Assembly (NCBI GenBank): GCA_964459225.1 | Contig: CAYWKB010000001.1 | Coordinates: 180,140-244,139, forward strand | Direction: 5' to 3' | DNA: 64,000 nucleotides | DNA from: an uncultured Candidatus Saccharibacteria bacterium | GTDB taxonomy: Bacteria; Patescibacteriota; Minisyncoccia; Phycocordibacterales; PALSA-1337 | Part shown: positions 10,655 through 18,564 of the stretch, in pieces | Layout: every line of letters begins with the position of its first letter | Numbering within the stretch: position 1 is the stretch's first letter | Program-made: the position numbers and the translations under genes | Notes under the pieces: generated by a model | Seen by the model: only the letters and a program-made list of their open reading frames with translations | Told to the model about the DNA's origin: nothing | Database searches by the model: none

Positions 10655-10924
10655 TTATTTTGCCTTGATGTCTAACTTTTTTGCAATACTAGCATGTCTC
10701 TTTGGGAATTTCTTTTTTAGATAATTCATATGAGCTTGTCTGTCTGCAACCATAGCTAGAAGTCCTCTTCTTGAGTGATTATCCTTCTTATGCTTTTTCA
10801 AATGACCTGCTAATTCGTCTATTCTTTTAGTTAAAAGTGAAATCTGAACTTCTGGAGAACCAGTGTCCTTATCGTGTATTGCTACATTTTTTATGATATT
10901 TGTCTTCTGACGTGTTGTTAACAT
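10655..10924 (-). CDS. rpsO: 30S ribosomal protein S15
   Basis: DTGSPEVQISLLT, HKKDNHSRRGLL. Confidence 0.97.
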   Translation of the reverse strand: MLTTRQKTNIIKNVAIHDKDTGSPEVQISLLTKRIDELAGHLKKHKKDNHSRRGLLAMVADRQAHMNYLKKKFPKRHASIAKKLDIKAK

Positions 10925-10981
10925 GATTTGGATATACTAGCACATATACCATATTTCTGCAAGTTTGCCTGTTTGGTGTAT

Positions 10982-11020
10982 AAAAAGAAATCCCCTAGCC
11001 ACGCTGGTGTGGCTAGAGGA
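10982..11020 (-). terminator. Intrinsic terminator of the minigene cassette
   Basis: Minus strand TCCTCTAGCCAC-ACCAGC-GTGGCTAGGGGA followed by TTTCTTTTT. Confidence 0.8.
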
Positions 11021-11045
11021 CTAAAACCTAAGGGACAAATCCTAC

Positions 11046-11063
11046 CTACGTGAATGGCTTCAT
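11046..11063 (-). CDS. Putative minigene MKPFT*
   Basis: AAAGGAG SD 7 nt upstream of ATG AAG CCA TTC ACG TAG. Confidence 0.5.
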   Translation of the reverse strand: MKPFT

Positions 11064-11128
11064 GCGAAGTCTCCTTTCCTTGGTTTTTGCTGGATTTTTG
11101 TTTTTTTAATAACTGCGCTCTCAAGTAA

Positions 11129-11146
11129 CTACAAGAATGGCTTCAT
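11129..11146 (-). CDS. Putative minigene MKPFL*
   Basis: AAAGAAAGGAGG SD 8 nt upstream of ATG AAG CCA TTC TTG TAG. Confidence 0.5.
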   Translation of the reverse strand: MKPFL

Positions 11147-11211
11147 TCCGAAACCCTCCTTTCTTTTACCCAATGAAATTAATCATTGGGTTGCCGGGCG
11201 ACAGCCGTTTG

Positions 11212-11283
11212 CTAGCAAAAATAACTGACGAGGAAAGAAACAGTGATGTTTCCCGGTGGCGAATGACTTTGGCGAATACTCAT
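11212..11283 (-). CDS. Putative 23-aa small ORF MSIRQSHSPPGNITVSFLVSYFC*
   Basis: AGGAG SD 9 nt upstream of ATG; lies within the same promoter-terminator unit. Confidence 0.4.
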   Translation of the reverse strand: MSIRQSHSPPGNITVSFLVSYFC

Positions 11284-11397
11284 GCTTCGAGTCTCCTGAT
11301 CCTGTTTTTTACAGGGTTTTTTGTAGATTGATTTTGTAGTACGGCGACGGACACATGTCGGTCGCGGTAGACATACCTCAAAGATCAACCTGCTAGT

Positions 11398-11425
11398 ACC
11401 CTATCATACTATAAGTTTTTGTCAA
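11398..11425 (-). promoter_or_regulatory. Sigma70-type promoter of the minigene cassette
   Basis: TTGACA-16 nt (ending TGA)-TAGGGT; boxA-like GATCTTTGA just downstream. Confidence 0.7.
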
Positions 11426-11493
11426 GTGTTTTCAAAATATGATAAATATCACCCATTCCCCACAAAACATGTTAAAATTAATGTCGTAAAACA

Positions 11494-12429
11494 ATGTCTC
11501 AATCATTAAAAGATTTAAAAACTGAATTTCTTCAATATACTGAAATAGAAAAAGGTAGAAGTCTCAATACTGTTCGTAACTATGATCAGTATTTGAGTCG
11601 TTTTCTTGATTACACTAAGCTTAAGGATCCAAAAGGTATTACCGACTCTGTCGTACGTGATTTTAGAATATGGCTCAATAGGCAAGAAGCAAAAAAAGAA
11701 AAAGGTATGTCACCTGCAACCCTTAAAAAAAGGACACAAAACTACTATTTGATAGCATTAAGGGCATTTCTAAAGTATTTAGCTAGACAAAACATAACTT
11801 CCCTATCACCTGATCGTATTGAGCTTGCAAAGGTACCCGAAAGATCACTCGATCTCATAACAATTGAGGAATTAGAACGTCTTTTAAAGGCACCAGATGT
11901 AAATGATATAAGAGGATTGAGGGATAAGGCCATGCTTGAACTGCTATTTTCAACTGGTTTGCGTGTTTCTGAGCTATGTTCCCTACCGAGAGATATCAAT
12001 TTAAAGCTTGATGAAATGTCGGTGCGAGGAAAAGGTGAAAAGGTTCGTGTGGTCTTTATTTCAGATGATGCAAGAAATGCAGTAACAAAATGGCTAGATA
12101 AAAGAGATGATATGGATGATGCCCTTTTTATTAACATTACAAATAAAAAGCAAAAACTATCAAAAAACAAGGAATCACTTCGTCTAACACCAAGATCAGT
12201 AGAGAGAATAATAAAACAATATGCAATAAAGTCAGGAATTTCAAAAAAAGTAACACCACACGTTATTCGTCATAGTTTCGCAACTGATTTACTTAGGAAT
12301 GGGGCTGATTTACGTTCAGTACAAATGCTTTTAGGGCATGCAAATATCAATACTACACAGATATATACGCATGTTACAGATACAGAATTAAAAAGAATAC
12401 ATAAGAAATTCCACAGGAAGAGCGAGTAA
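11494..12429 (+). CDS. Tyrosine recombinase, XerC/XerD family
   Basis: RDKAMLELLFSTGLRVSEL, GKGEK, TPHVIRHSFAT, LGHANINTTQIYT. Confidence 0.95.
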   Translation: MSQSLKDLKTEFLQYTEIEKGRSLNTVRNYDQYLSRFLDYTKLKDPKGITDSVVRDFRIWLNRQEAKKEKGMSPATLKKRTQNYYLIALRAFLKYLARQNITSLSPDRIELAKVPERSLDLITIEELERLLKAPDVNDIRGLRDKAMLELLFSTGLRVSELCSLPRDINLKLDEMSVRGKGEKVRVVFISDDARNAVTKWLDKRDDMDDALFINITNKKQKLSKNKESLRLTPRSVERIIKQYAIKSGISKKVTPHVIRHSFATDLLRNGADLRSVQMLLGHANINTTQIYTHVTDTELKRIHKKFHRKSE

Positions 12430-12435
12430 TTCATT

Positions 12436-12458
12436 TAAGGTCACAATTTGTGACCTTA
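12436..12458. repeat. Palindrome TAAGGTCACAA-T-TTGTGACCTTA (candidate operator)
   Basis: Perfect 11-bp arms; related copy at 12821-12847 inside the ORF6N gene. Confidence 0.8.
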
Positions 12459-12517
12459 GAAGATCAATTTAAAATATACTATCTGAATTACTTAATATAT
12501 TAGATAAAAATAGTCAA

Positions 12518-12567
12518 ATAAAATTTCATAAAAATTTTATTTAGATTTCATTTCAATTTGCTATGTT
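12518..12567 (+). promoter_or_regulatory. ORF6N-gene promoter with three 11-bp-period TTT(C/T)AT repeats and extended -10
   Basis: TTTCAT 12524, TTTTAT 12535, TTTCAT 12546, TGC-TATGTT 12559-12567. Confidence 0.65.
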
Positions 12568-12587
12568 TAACATATTATTAATTTAAT

Positions 12588-13139
12588 ATGATAAATATGA
12601 ATATAGATAACGAATTAATTGAAATACCAAAGGAAAGAATAATAGACAGAATATTTTTTATAAGAGGCAAAAAAGTAATGTTCGATAAGGACTTGGCAGA
12701 ATTGTATGGAGTTGAGACGAGAGTAATAAATCAAGCCGTCAAAAGAAATATTGAAAGGTTTCCGGATGATTTTATGTTCACTCTTACATCTAAAGAAAGT
12801 GAGGTTTGGCAAGTACAGTATTCAAGATCACAATCTGTGATCTTGAAGAGAGGTGATAATGTAAAGTATTTCCCTAGGGTTTTTAGTGAACAAGGGGTGG
12901 CCATGCTTTCAAGTGTTTTGAAAAGTAAGACTGCTATACAGGTTAATATTCAAATCATCAGAACATTTACCAAATTAAGAGAAATTCTTTCAGAGAATAA
13001 AAAGCTATCTGAAAAACTTCTAAGTATGGAGAATAAATATGACAAGCAAATAGCTGAAATATTTAAAGCAATAAAATTATTGGTCACTGAAGAAGAAAAA
13101 CCTAAAAGTCCTATTGGGTTCAATAATAAAGATAATTAA
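12588..13139 (+). CDS. ORF6N (KilA-N-like) DNA-binding domain protein
   Basis: IRGKKVMFDKDLAELYGVETRVINQAVKRNIERFPDDFMF, RSQSVILK, FSEQGVAMLSSVLKS, C-terminal PIGF. Confidence 0.92.
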   Translation: MINMNIDNELIEIPKERIIDRIFFIRGKKVMFDKDLAELYGVETRVINQAVKRNIERFPDDFMFTLTSKESEVWQVQYSRSQSVILKRGDNVKYFPRVFSEQGVAMLSSVLKSKTAIQVNIQIIRTFTKLREILSENKKLSEKLLSMENKYDKQIAEIFKAIKLLVTEEEKPKSPIGFNNKDN

Positions 13140-13149
13140 ATAAAAATTT

Positions 13150-13175
13150 AACTCCATACACTACTGTATAGAGTT
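13150..13175 (-). terminator. Hairpin terminator between convergent genes
   Basis: AACTCCATACA-CTAC-TGTATAGAGTT. Confidence 0.55.
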
Positions 13176-13211
13176 GGAGTTTGACGCTATTCTCCAGAGC
13201 GTTTGGCAGAC

Positions 13212-13727
13212 TTACTGCCGTTTTTCCCTGCGAGGCTTCACGAAGACTTTATTCATAAGGAACCAGTCTGCCATAAAGCAAGGGGCATGCCGCATACCAT
13301 CATCACTTGTCGTGACACCCATTCCTGCCACTCCTTCGCTACCATTCTCGTATGTGCAGGGTATAGGTGCACTACCGATGAGAATATACTCATCTCCGAG
13401 GTATTGCAGACGAAGTTGAGGTCCAACTTCTGCAGGACAAACGGCTAGTCCATGTGCCAAAGCTAACCGAATAATCTCCGTGCGAAGCTCAAGACCATGT
13501 AGGTGTTGAGTATTGCAATCGTAGCCAAGATCCTTGTTTGAGACCCTAACCAGATCAACTTCTATCAACTCATCTGAGACCCTAAATGAAGGGTGTCGTA
13601 GGAAGTTGGCGATGTTGCCGAAGAATATGCCTGCTTCATCAAAAGCCCGTTGGAAATCTTCTATTGTCTTGAGACCTGTACCAAGCTTGATGGTTCTCCA
13701 TACCGTTGTGATGTTTACTGTATTCAT
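13212..13727 (-). CDS. Hypothetical protein of a paralogous family common in CPR
   Basis: WRTIKLGT...EVDLV...GLAVCPAEVGPQLRLQY; start placed at ATG 13727 after AGAGGA SD; GC-richer than flanks. Confidence 0.7.
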   Translation of the reverse strand: MNTVNITTVWRTIKLGTGLKTIEDFQRAFDEAGIFFGNIANFLRHPSFRVSDELIEVDLVRVSNKDLGYDCNTQHLHGLELRTEIIRLALAHGLAVCPAEVGPQLRLQYLGDEYILIGSAPIPCTYENGSEGVAGMGVTTSDDGMRHAPCFMADWFLMNKVFVKPRREKRQ

Positions 13728-13858
13728 TTGGATTCCTCTCGTTTGGTGGATTGTGTTGGTTTGTGCGGTCATAGCCAAGAAGTTTCGATTTTCGAGGCTT
13801 TTTGGTTATGACCAAATTCGCAAGTAGGTTATCAATATACCACTTAACTTCTGCTATA

Positions 13859-13887
13859 AATATAGCATATTAGATACGTGTTGTCAA
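13859..13887 (-). promoter_or_regulatory. Sigma70-type promoter
   Basis: TTGACA-17 (ending TGC)-TATATT. Confidence 0.7.
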
Positions 13888-13968
13888 TATATATCCACTA
13901 ATCAATCACCAAAATACCCATATTTAACATTGTGATTATACATATCAACATATTATTGTGGAAAGCTA

Positions 13969-13996
13969 TTGACACAAAGATGCTTCCTGATATACT
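13969..13996 (+). promoter_or_regulatory. Sigma70-type promoter for a probably leaderless TrmB gene
   Basis: TTGACA-16-TATACT, 6 nt before ATG. Confidence 0.75.
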
Positions 13997-14002
13997 TCCC
14001 TT

Positions 14003-14788
14003 ATGGATAACAAATATTCACAGATCAAAATCAATCTCCAATCCTTCGGCTTTAGTGAAAAGGAAACCGATGTATATATTGCTCTCTTGGAGCTTGGTAA
14101 GGGTTCGGTTACGAAAATTTCCCAGAAAGCAGGAATAAATAGGACAACAGGCTATGATATTCTCGGATCACTTGTCAATAAACGGCTTGTAAGCGTATCC
14201 GGAAAAGAGCCGAAGCAGGAATATGCCGCAGAACCACCGACAGCCATTACTAAGTATTTGAAAAGGCAAATATCAGAAACAGAGGGATTTATAAAGAAAG
14301 CAGATGAGATAGTGCCTGAGCTTACTCTGCTTCATTCATTGAAGAATCGTCCCAAGATCCGTTTCTATGAGGGAATGGAGGGGCTGAAATATGTCTATGA
14401 AGATACATTGACGAGTTCTGAAGCAATACGCGCTTATGCGACGGTAGATGATATGCATAATGCCCTGCCGAATTATTTCCCAGAATATTACAAGCGTCGA
14501 GCACAGAAAAATATATCAATCAGAGCCATTGTTCCGGAAACTCCTACTGCCCGCGAGCGAAAAGCACATGATACAGAGGAAAAAAGAGAAATCGCCTTTA
14601 TTCCAAGCGATAAATACTATTTTTCCCCTGAAATAAATATTTATGACAATAAAGTAATGATAGCTTCATGGAAAGAAAAGTTAGGTATAGTCATAGAAAG
14701 CGAAGAAATCGCCGATGCGATGAAGAAAATATATGAATTGGCTTGGGCAGAGTCAAAGAGATTGAGTGATAAGACCATAGATAATTAA
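14003..14788 (+). CDS. TrmB family transcriptional regulator
   Basis: FGFSEKETDVYIALLELG...ISQKAGINRTTGYDILGSL wHTH; PKIRFYEG; EINIYDNKV. Confidence 0.9.
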   Translation: MDNKYSQIKINLQSFGFSEKETDVYIALLELGKGSVTKISQKAGINRTTGYDILGSLVNKRLVSVSGKEPKQEYAAEPPTAITKYLKRQISETEGFIKKADEIVPELTLLHSLKNRPKIRFYEGMEGLKYVYEDTLTSSEAIRAYATVDDMHNALPNYFPEYYKRRAQKNISIRAIVPETPTARERKAHDTEEKREIAFIPSDKYYFSPEINIYDNKVMIASWKEKLGIVIESEEIADAMKKIYELAWAESKRLSDKTIDN

Positions 14789-14829
14789 ATAATTTCACCC
14801 TCCCTACCCTTTTCTGATATACTTTGCTC

Positions 14830-15615
14830 ATGCGAATAATCTGCTGGAATGTTAATGGCTTGCGTGCAAATGTTAAAAAGGGCTCATTTGATTGGTTTTT
14901 ACAGGAAAGCCCAGACTTTTTTTGTATACAAGAAACAAAAGCACACCCCGATCAATTAGAAGAAGGAATAAGAAATCCACTAGGATACTACTCATATTTT
15001 GATCATTCTAAAGAGAAAAAGGGATATAGTGGTGTTGCAATCTATACAAAGCATAAGCCAGATAAGGTGGATTATGGTGTTGGAACACATGTTTTAGATC
15101 AGGAAGGCAGGTTTTTAGGGCTTTTTTACAATGACACTTCCCTATTAGGATGCAAATTCCTTTTAATTACCTGCTATTTTCCAAATGGTGGCGGTGGACC
15201 AGAAAGACTTGATTTTAAAATGAAATACTATGAGGAGTTTTTGAAATATATAAATAAACAAAGGGAAAATGGCTATGAAATAGTATTTTGCGGTGATGTA
15301 AATACTGCACATAAGGAAATTGATCTAGCAAGACCAAAAGAAAATGAAAAAAATACTGGTTTCCTACCAATGGAAAGAGAGTGGATAGATAAAGTAATTG
15401 AAAACAAATACACAGATGTTTTCCGTGAAATAAATGGGGATAAAAAAGATGCATATACATGGTGGGATATGAAAACTTTTGCAAGACAAAGGAATGTTGG
15501 TTGGAGAATTGATTATTTTTTTGTTAGTGAAGGACTTATTCAAAAGGTCAAAAAAGCCAATATTTTAAGCCATGTTTTAGGATCAGATCATTGTCCTATT
15601 GAATTAATTTTCTAA
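14830..15615 (+). CDS. xth: Exodeoxyribonuclease III / AP endonuclease
   Basis: WNVNGLRA, QETK, GYSGV, GDVNTAH, GWRIDYF, GSDHCP; start moved to ATG 14830. Confidence 0.96.
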   Translation: MRIICWNVNGLRANVKKGSFDWFLQESPDFFCIQETKAHPDQLEEGIRNPLGYYSYFDHSKEKKGYSGVAIYTKHKPDKVDYGVGTHVLDQEGRFLGLFYNDTSLLGCKFLLITCYFPNGGGGPERLDFKMKYYEEFLKYINKQRENGYEIVFCGDVNTAHKEIDLARPKENEKNTGFLPMEREWIDKVIENKYTDVFREINGDKKDAYTWWDMKTFARQRNVGWRIDYFFVSEGLIQKVKKANILSHVLGSDHCPIELIF

Positions 15616-15703
15616 AATAAAAATTGTCTTTTATAAAGGACATGACTTATCCCACAAGGGGATTTCTATTTTTCTAACTCGCTTTGCTCATAAGAAAAAT
15701 AAG

Positions 15704-15712
15704 TTATCCACA
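15704..15712 (+). promoter_or_regulatory. DnaA box
   Basis: Perfect TTATCCACA. Confidence 0.6.
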
Positions 15713-15765
15713 GATTTCACTTGTAATGTCCTTTACATGTCTTTTATGTTTGATATACTAATACC

Positions 15766-16160
15766 AGATCAGCGGAATTGTTAACCGAGGATCAATTCAA
15801 GCATTAGTTCTTTTATAAAATAGTGTGTGGGTAATAAAGCTCTTTTTGGAAATTCGTTCAATTAGAGAGATTACAACCCTTTGTCAGCTTTTGCTGAGTC
15901 ACTGCATGACTTTACATTTTTTATAGCTTCGCATGAAGCACTTATTGTTTTTTAGTACATGCAAAACTCCCACTTGGTGATATTGTTGGTCAGTTATCGT
16001 TGGGTTGAGCTGTGGCTCATATAACCCCTCTGTCTTTAAGAATTTCCTTGTTCTCTAGTTTTCGTTCATGTGTGTGTTTCTCAAACAGCCGTATATTATT
16101 TGTTCAGCTTCATCTGTTTCTAACCTTGATGACGCCGTGCATATCATTACGGCTGTTTTC
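15766..16160 (+). ncRNA. Putative unannotated RNA or small-ORF transcript
   Basis: Promoter TTTACA-16-TATACT (15732-15759); several hairpins; terminal AAACAGCCGTA/TACGGCTGTTT stem; no long ORF. Confidence 0.4.
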
Positions 16161-16201
16161 TATTGTGTATTTCTATATTTTAGACCATTAAAGTCATTTT
16201 A

Positions 16202-16217
16202 TGTTACATATGTAACA
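16202..16217. promoter_or_regulatory. parS-like site
   Basis: TGTTACATATGTAACA perfect palindrome resembling TGTTNCACGTGNAACA. Confidence 0.65.
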
Positions 16218-16287
16218 TATTTTATACAGTAAAAAAGTGCTATTTATCGATCAAGGTCAATAATACCTATATTTTGTAATATTATTT

Positions 16288-16303
16288 TGTTTCACGTGAA
16301 ATT
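16288..16303. promoter_or_regulatory. parS-like site
   Basis: TGTTTCACGTGAAATT, 14/16 to consensus. Confidence 0.75.
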
Positions 16304-16318
16304 AAAAGGCTATGTTAA

Positions 16319-17797
16319 TCATGAAACATGATACTTTTTCCTTATCTCTCCAATACTCTCATTTTCAAGTATTTCCTTCTTATTTTTACCTTTTTCACCT
16401 AATTTCTTTAATTCCTCGTCACTTATAGCAACTAACTCTTTAGATCTGCTATTTAGATATTCCTCAGTGTTTAATTTGGGGTTTTCCAATACTTCTTCAA
16501 GTAAAGCATTAAGAATATAGCCGATTTTAGGTCCTGGCGTTACATGTGTAACATCCATAATGCCTTTTCCGTCTATTTTAAGCATGCCAACAGAAATAGG
16601 GTCATGCATAGCTTCTTCAACCATACTTTGATACTTTCTTAATCTATACGGACTTTCTTTTGGTCTACCAGTTCCAATACGATCACATATACGCACATTC
16701 ATTAAGTCCCAAATATTTTCTTTACCAACATTAGCAATCATTCTTCTAACAGCAGAAAGGGTAATTGTCTCAGTATCCGAGAAAAACATATGCCAGCGTA
16801 TCATTTTTGTTACTTTATCTATTGTCTTTTGTGGAAATTTAAGCCTTTCTAGTATCTTTTTGGTTACACGTGAACCAACAACCTCATGTCCATAAAAGGT
16901 TATTGTATTTGTTTCATGTGAAAATCTCTTAGTCTCAGGTTTTGATATATCATGGAAAAGGGCAGACAATCTTATATCAATAGGCCACTTTTTGTCTGCA
17001 GAATGTTGAAGAGTTCTAAGTAAATGCTCCCAAACATCATATGCATGTGCTTGATTTTGCTTTACTCCAATAGCAGATATCAATTCAGGTGCTATATACT
17101 GTAGTAAACCCAATTCCTGAAGTAATTCTATACCGTATTTAGGTCTATCAGACATCAATATTTTAACAAATTCATCTCTAATCCTCTCTACTGAAATGTT
17201 TTTAAGTAGGGAATTGTGGCTAAGTATAGCCTTTTTTGTTTCATCCTCAATATTAAAAGACAATTCCGTTGAAAGTCTAACTGCACGTAACATTCTCAAG
17301 GCATCTTCACTAAAACGGTCATTTGGATTACCGACTGCCCTCAAAGTATTGTCCTTAATGTCTTTAAGACCATTAAAAAGGTCAACTATGTCTTTGATTG
17401 CTCCATTAGACAAACTCACTGCAATCGCATTAATTGTGAAATCTCGTCTTTTTAAATCATCATCAATACTTTTACTAAATTTAACATGATCGGGGTGTCT
17501 ATGGTCAGTATAAGAGCTTTCAAGACGATATGGAGTGACTTCCACAATCTTTAATTTTTCATTTTCAGTTTTTTCATTTACAACCCCTACGGTTCCATAA
17601 GAATTTTCATAAAAAGTTTTTTCAAAAAGAGGAATAATCTCTTCCGGAGTTGCATTTGTGGTTATATCCCAATCTTTAGGTTCTTTGCCAAGTAATATAT
17701 CTCTAGTACAACCACCAACAAGAAAAGCCTCAAAACCTGCTTTTTCAAGTTTTGTAACTATTTCAGCTATTTCAACTGGTATGGTCTGATTTTTCAT
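16319..17797 (-). CDS. cca: CCA tRNA nucleotidyltransferase with HD domain
   Basis: VGGCTRD, DWDITT, DLKRRDFTINA, RFSEDALRMLRAVR, ERIRDE, LFHDISK; start placed at MKNQ (17797). Confidence 0.93.
   Translation of the reverse strand: MKNQTIPVEIAEIVTKLEKAGFEAFLVGGCTRDILLGKEPKDWDITTNATPEEIIPLFEKTFYENSYGTVGVVNEKTENEKLKIVEVTPYRLESSYTDHRHPDHVKFSKSIDDDLKRRDFTINAIAVSLSNGAIKDIVDLFNGLKDIKDNTLRAVGNPNDRFSEDALRMLRAVRLSTELSFNIEDETKKAILSHNSLLKNISVERIRDEFVKILMSDRPKYGIELLQELGLLQYIAPELISAIGVKQNQAHAYDVWEHLLRTLQHSADKKWPIDIRLSALFHDISKPETKRFSHETNTITFYGHEVVGSRVTKKILERLKFPQKTIDKVTKMIRWHMFFSDTETITLSAVRRMIANVGKENIWDLMNVRICDRIGTGRPKESPYRLRKYQSMVEEAMHDPISVGMLKIDGKGIMDVTHVTPGPKIGYILNALLEEVLENPKLNTEEYLNSRSKELVAISDEELKKLGEKGKNKKEILENESIGEIRKKYHVS
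16538..16553. promoter_or_regulatory. parS-like site within cca
   Basis: CGTTACATGTGTAACA. Confidence 0.65.
16862..16877. promoter_or_regulatory. parS-like site within cca
   Basis: GGTTACACGTGAACCA. Confidence 0.65.
16910..16925. promoter_or_regulatory. parS-like site within cca
   Basis: TGTTTCATGTGAAAAT. Confidence 0.55.
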
Positions 17798-17851
17798 TAA
17801 ATATATACTAGCATTTATTATGCTTTTTTTCATTATTAAATATATGGTACT

Positions 17852-18415
17852 ATGTTATATAACATGAAATATAGTGTACAAATACTAAAGAAAGCAAGGG
17901 AAATGAGGCTTAATGGATATTCACTAAATGAGATTAGAAGGGAATACAATATTCCGATAAGTACTTTGTCGGCTTTGTTTAAAGATATTAAACTTAGTAA
18001 TAAACAAATTAGTGAATTGAAAACAAGGGTAAATTATAGGATTCAAAAAGGAAGAATGAATTCACTTATTAATATAAAGTCAAAAAAAGTCTTTATAGAA
18101 AGGGAAATATATAATAAAGCTGAATTAGAATTTAAAAAACTATCAAAAAACACCTTTTTTATTATGGGAATTACTATGTACTGGCTCAAGGGGTCAAAAA
18201 GTATGAATTGTTTCCAATTTTCATCAAATAATGAGCAAATGATCAATACTATGATTAAGTGGATTAAAACATTTGTTATAGATGAATCACAAAGAGATTT
18301 AATTAAGGTTAGAAAGTATAATAATAACTATAGAATTGATATAAGGGGTATTAATATCTTAAGAAGGGTAATAGCTTGGCAAAAGTTATTAATAAAGTAT
18401 TATGATAATGTTTGA
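17852..18415 (+). CDS. HTH protein of the tRNA-adjacent CPR family (possible degenerate LAGLIDADG-like C-terminus)
   Basis: AREMRLNGYSLNEIRREYNIPISTLS HTH; GITMYWLKGSK resembles the family motif LYWxEGxK; true start may be a few codons downstream. Confidence 0.65.
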   Translation: MLYNMKYSVQILKKAREMRLNGYSLNEIRREYNIPISTLSALFKDIKLSNKQISELKTRVNYRIQKGRMNSLINIKSKKVFIEREIYNKAELEFKKLSKNTFFIMGITMYWLKGSKSMNCFQFSSNNEQMINTMIKWIKTFVIDESQRDLIKVRKYNNNYRIDIRGINILRRVIAWQKLLIKYYDNV

Positions 18416-18433
18416 ATTTATTAGATAAAATAT

Positions 18434-18505
18434 GCACCCGTAGTGAAATGGATATCATTTTACGCTTCGGACGTAACGTTGGGGGTTCGAATCCCTCCGG
18501 GTGCA
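18434..18505 (+). tRNA. tRNA-Arg(TCG)
   Basis: GCACCCG/CGGGTGC acceptor, TTACG-CT-TCG-GA-CGTAA anticodon arm, GTTCGAATC; CCA not encoded. Confidence 0.95.
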
Positions 18506-18564
18506 CAATAAAATACAGTAGGGTATAGTAAAAAATAATATTTAGTATATAATATCGAAATAAT

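Noticed and set aside
10918-11331. ORF-track 68-aa (-) and 64-aa (+) ORFs
   Set aside because: One runs through the terminator, the other is antisense to the promoter; neither has an SD or recognisable motif
11309-11374. 21-aa ORF MSTATDMC... at the cassette 5' end
   Set aside because: GAGGT abuts the ATG with no spacer, so it is not listed as a CDS
11494-13800. Prophage or integrative element around the recombinase and ORF6N
   Set aside because: Recombinase looks like a housekeeping Xer; no att repeats, structural or replication genes
13920-13950. dif-like site (ATGTTAAAT on the minus strand) near the Xer gene
   Set aside because: Spacing between arms is 3 nt too short and the XerD arm lacks TT; context looks origin-like rather than terminus-like
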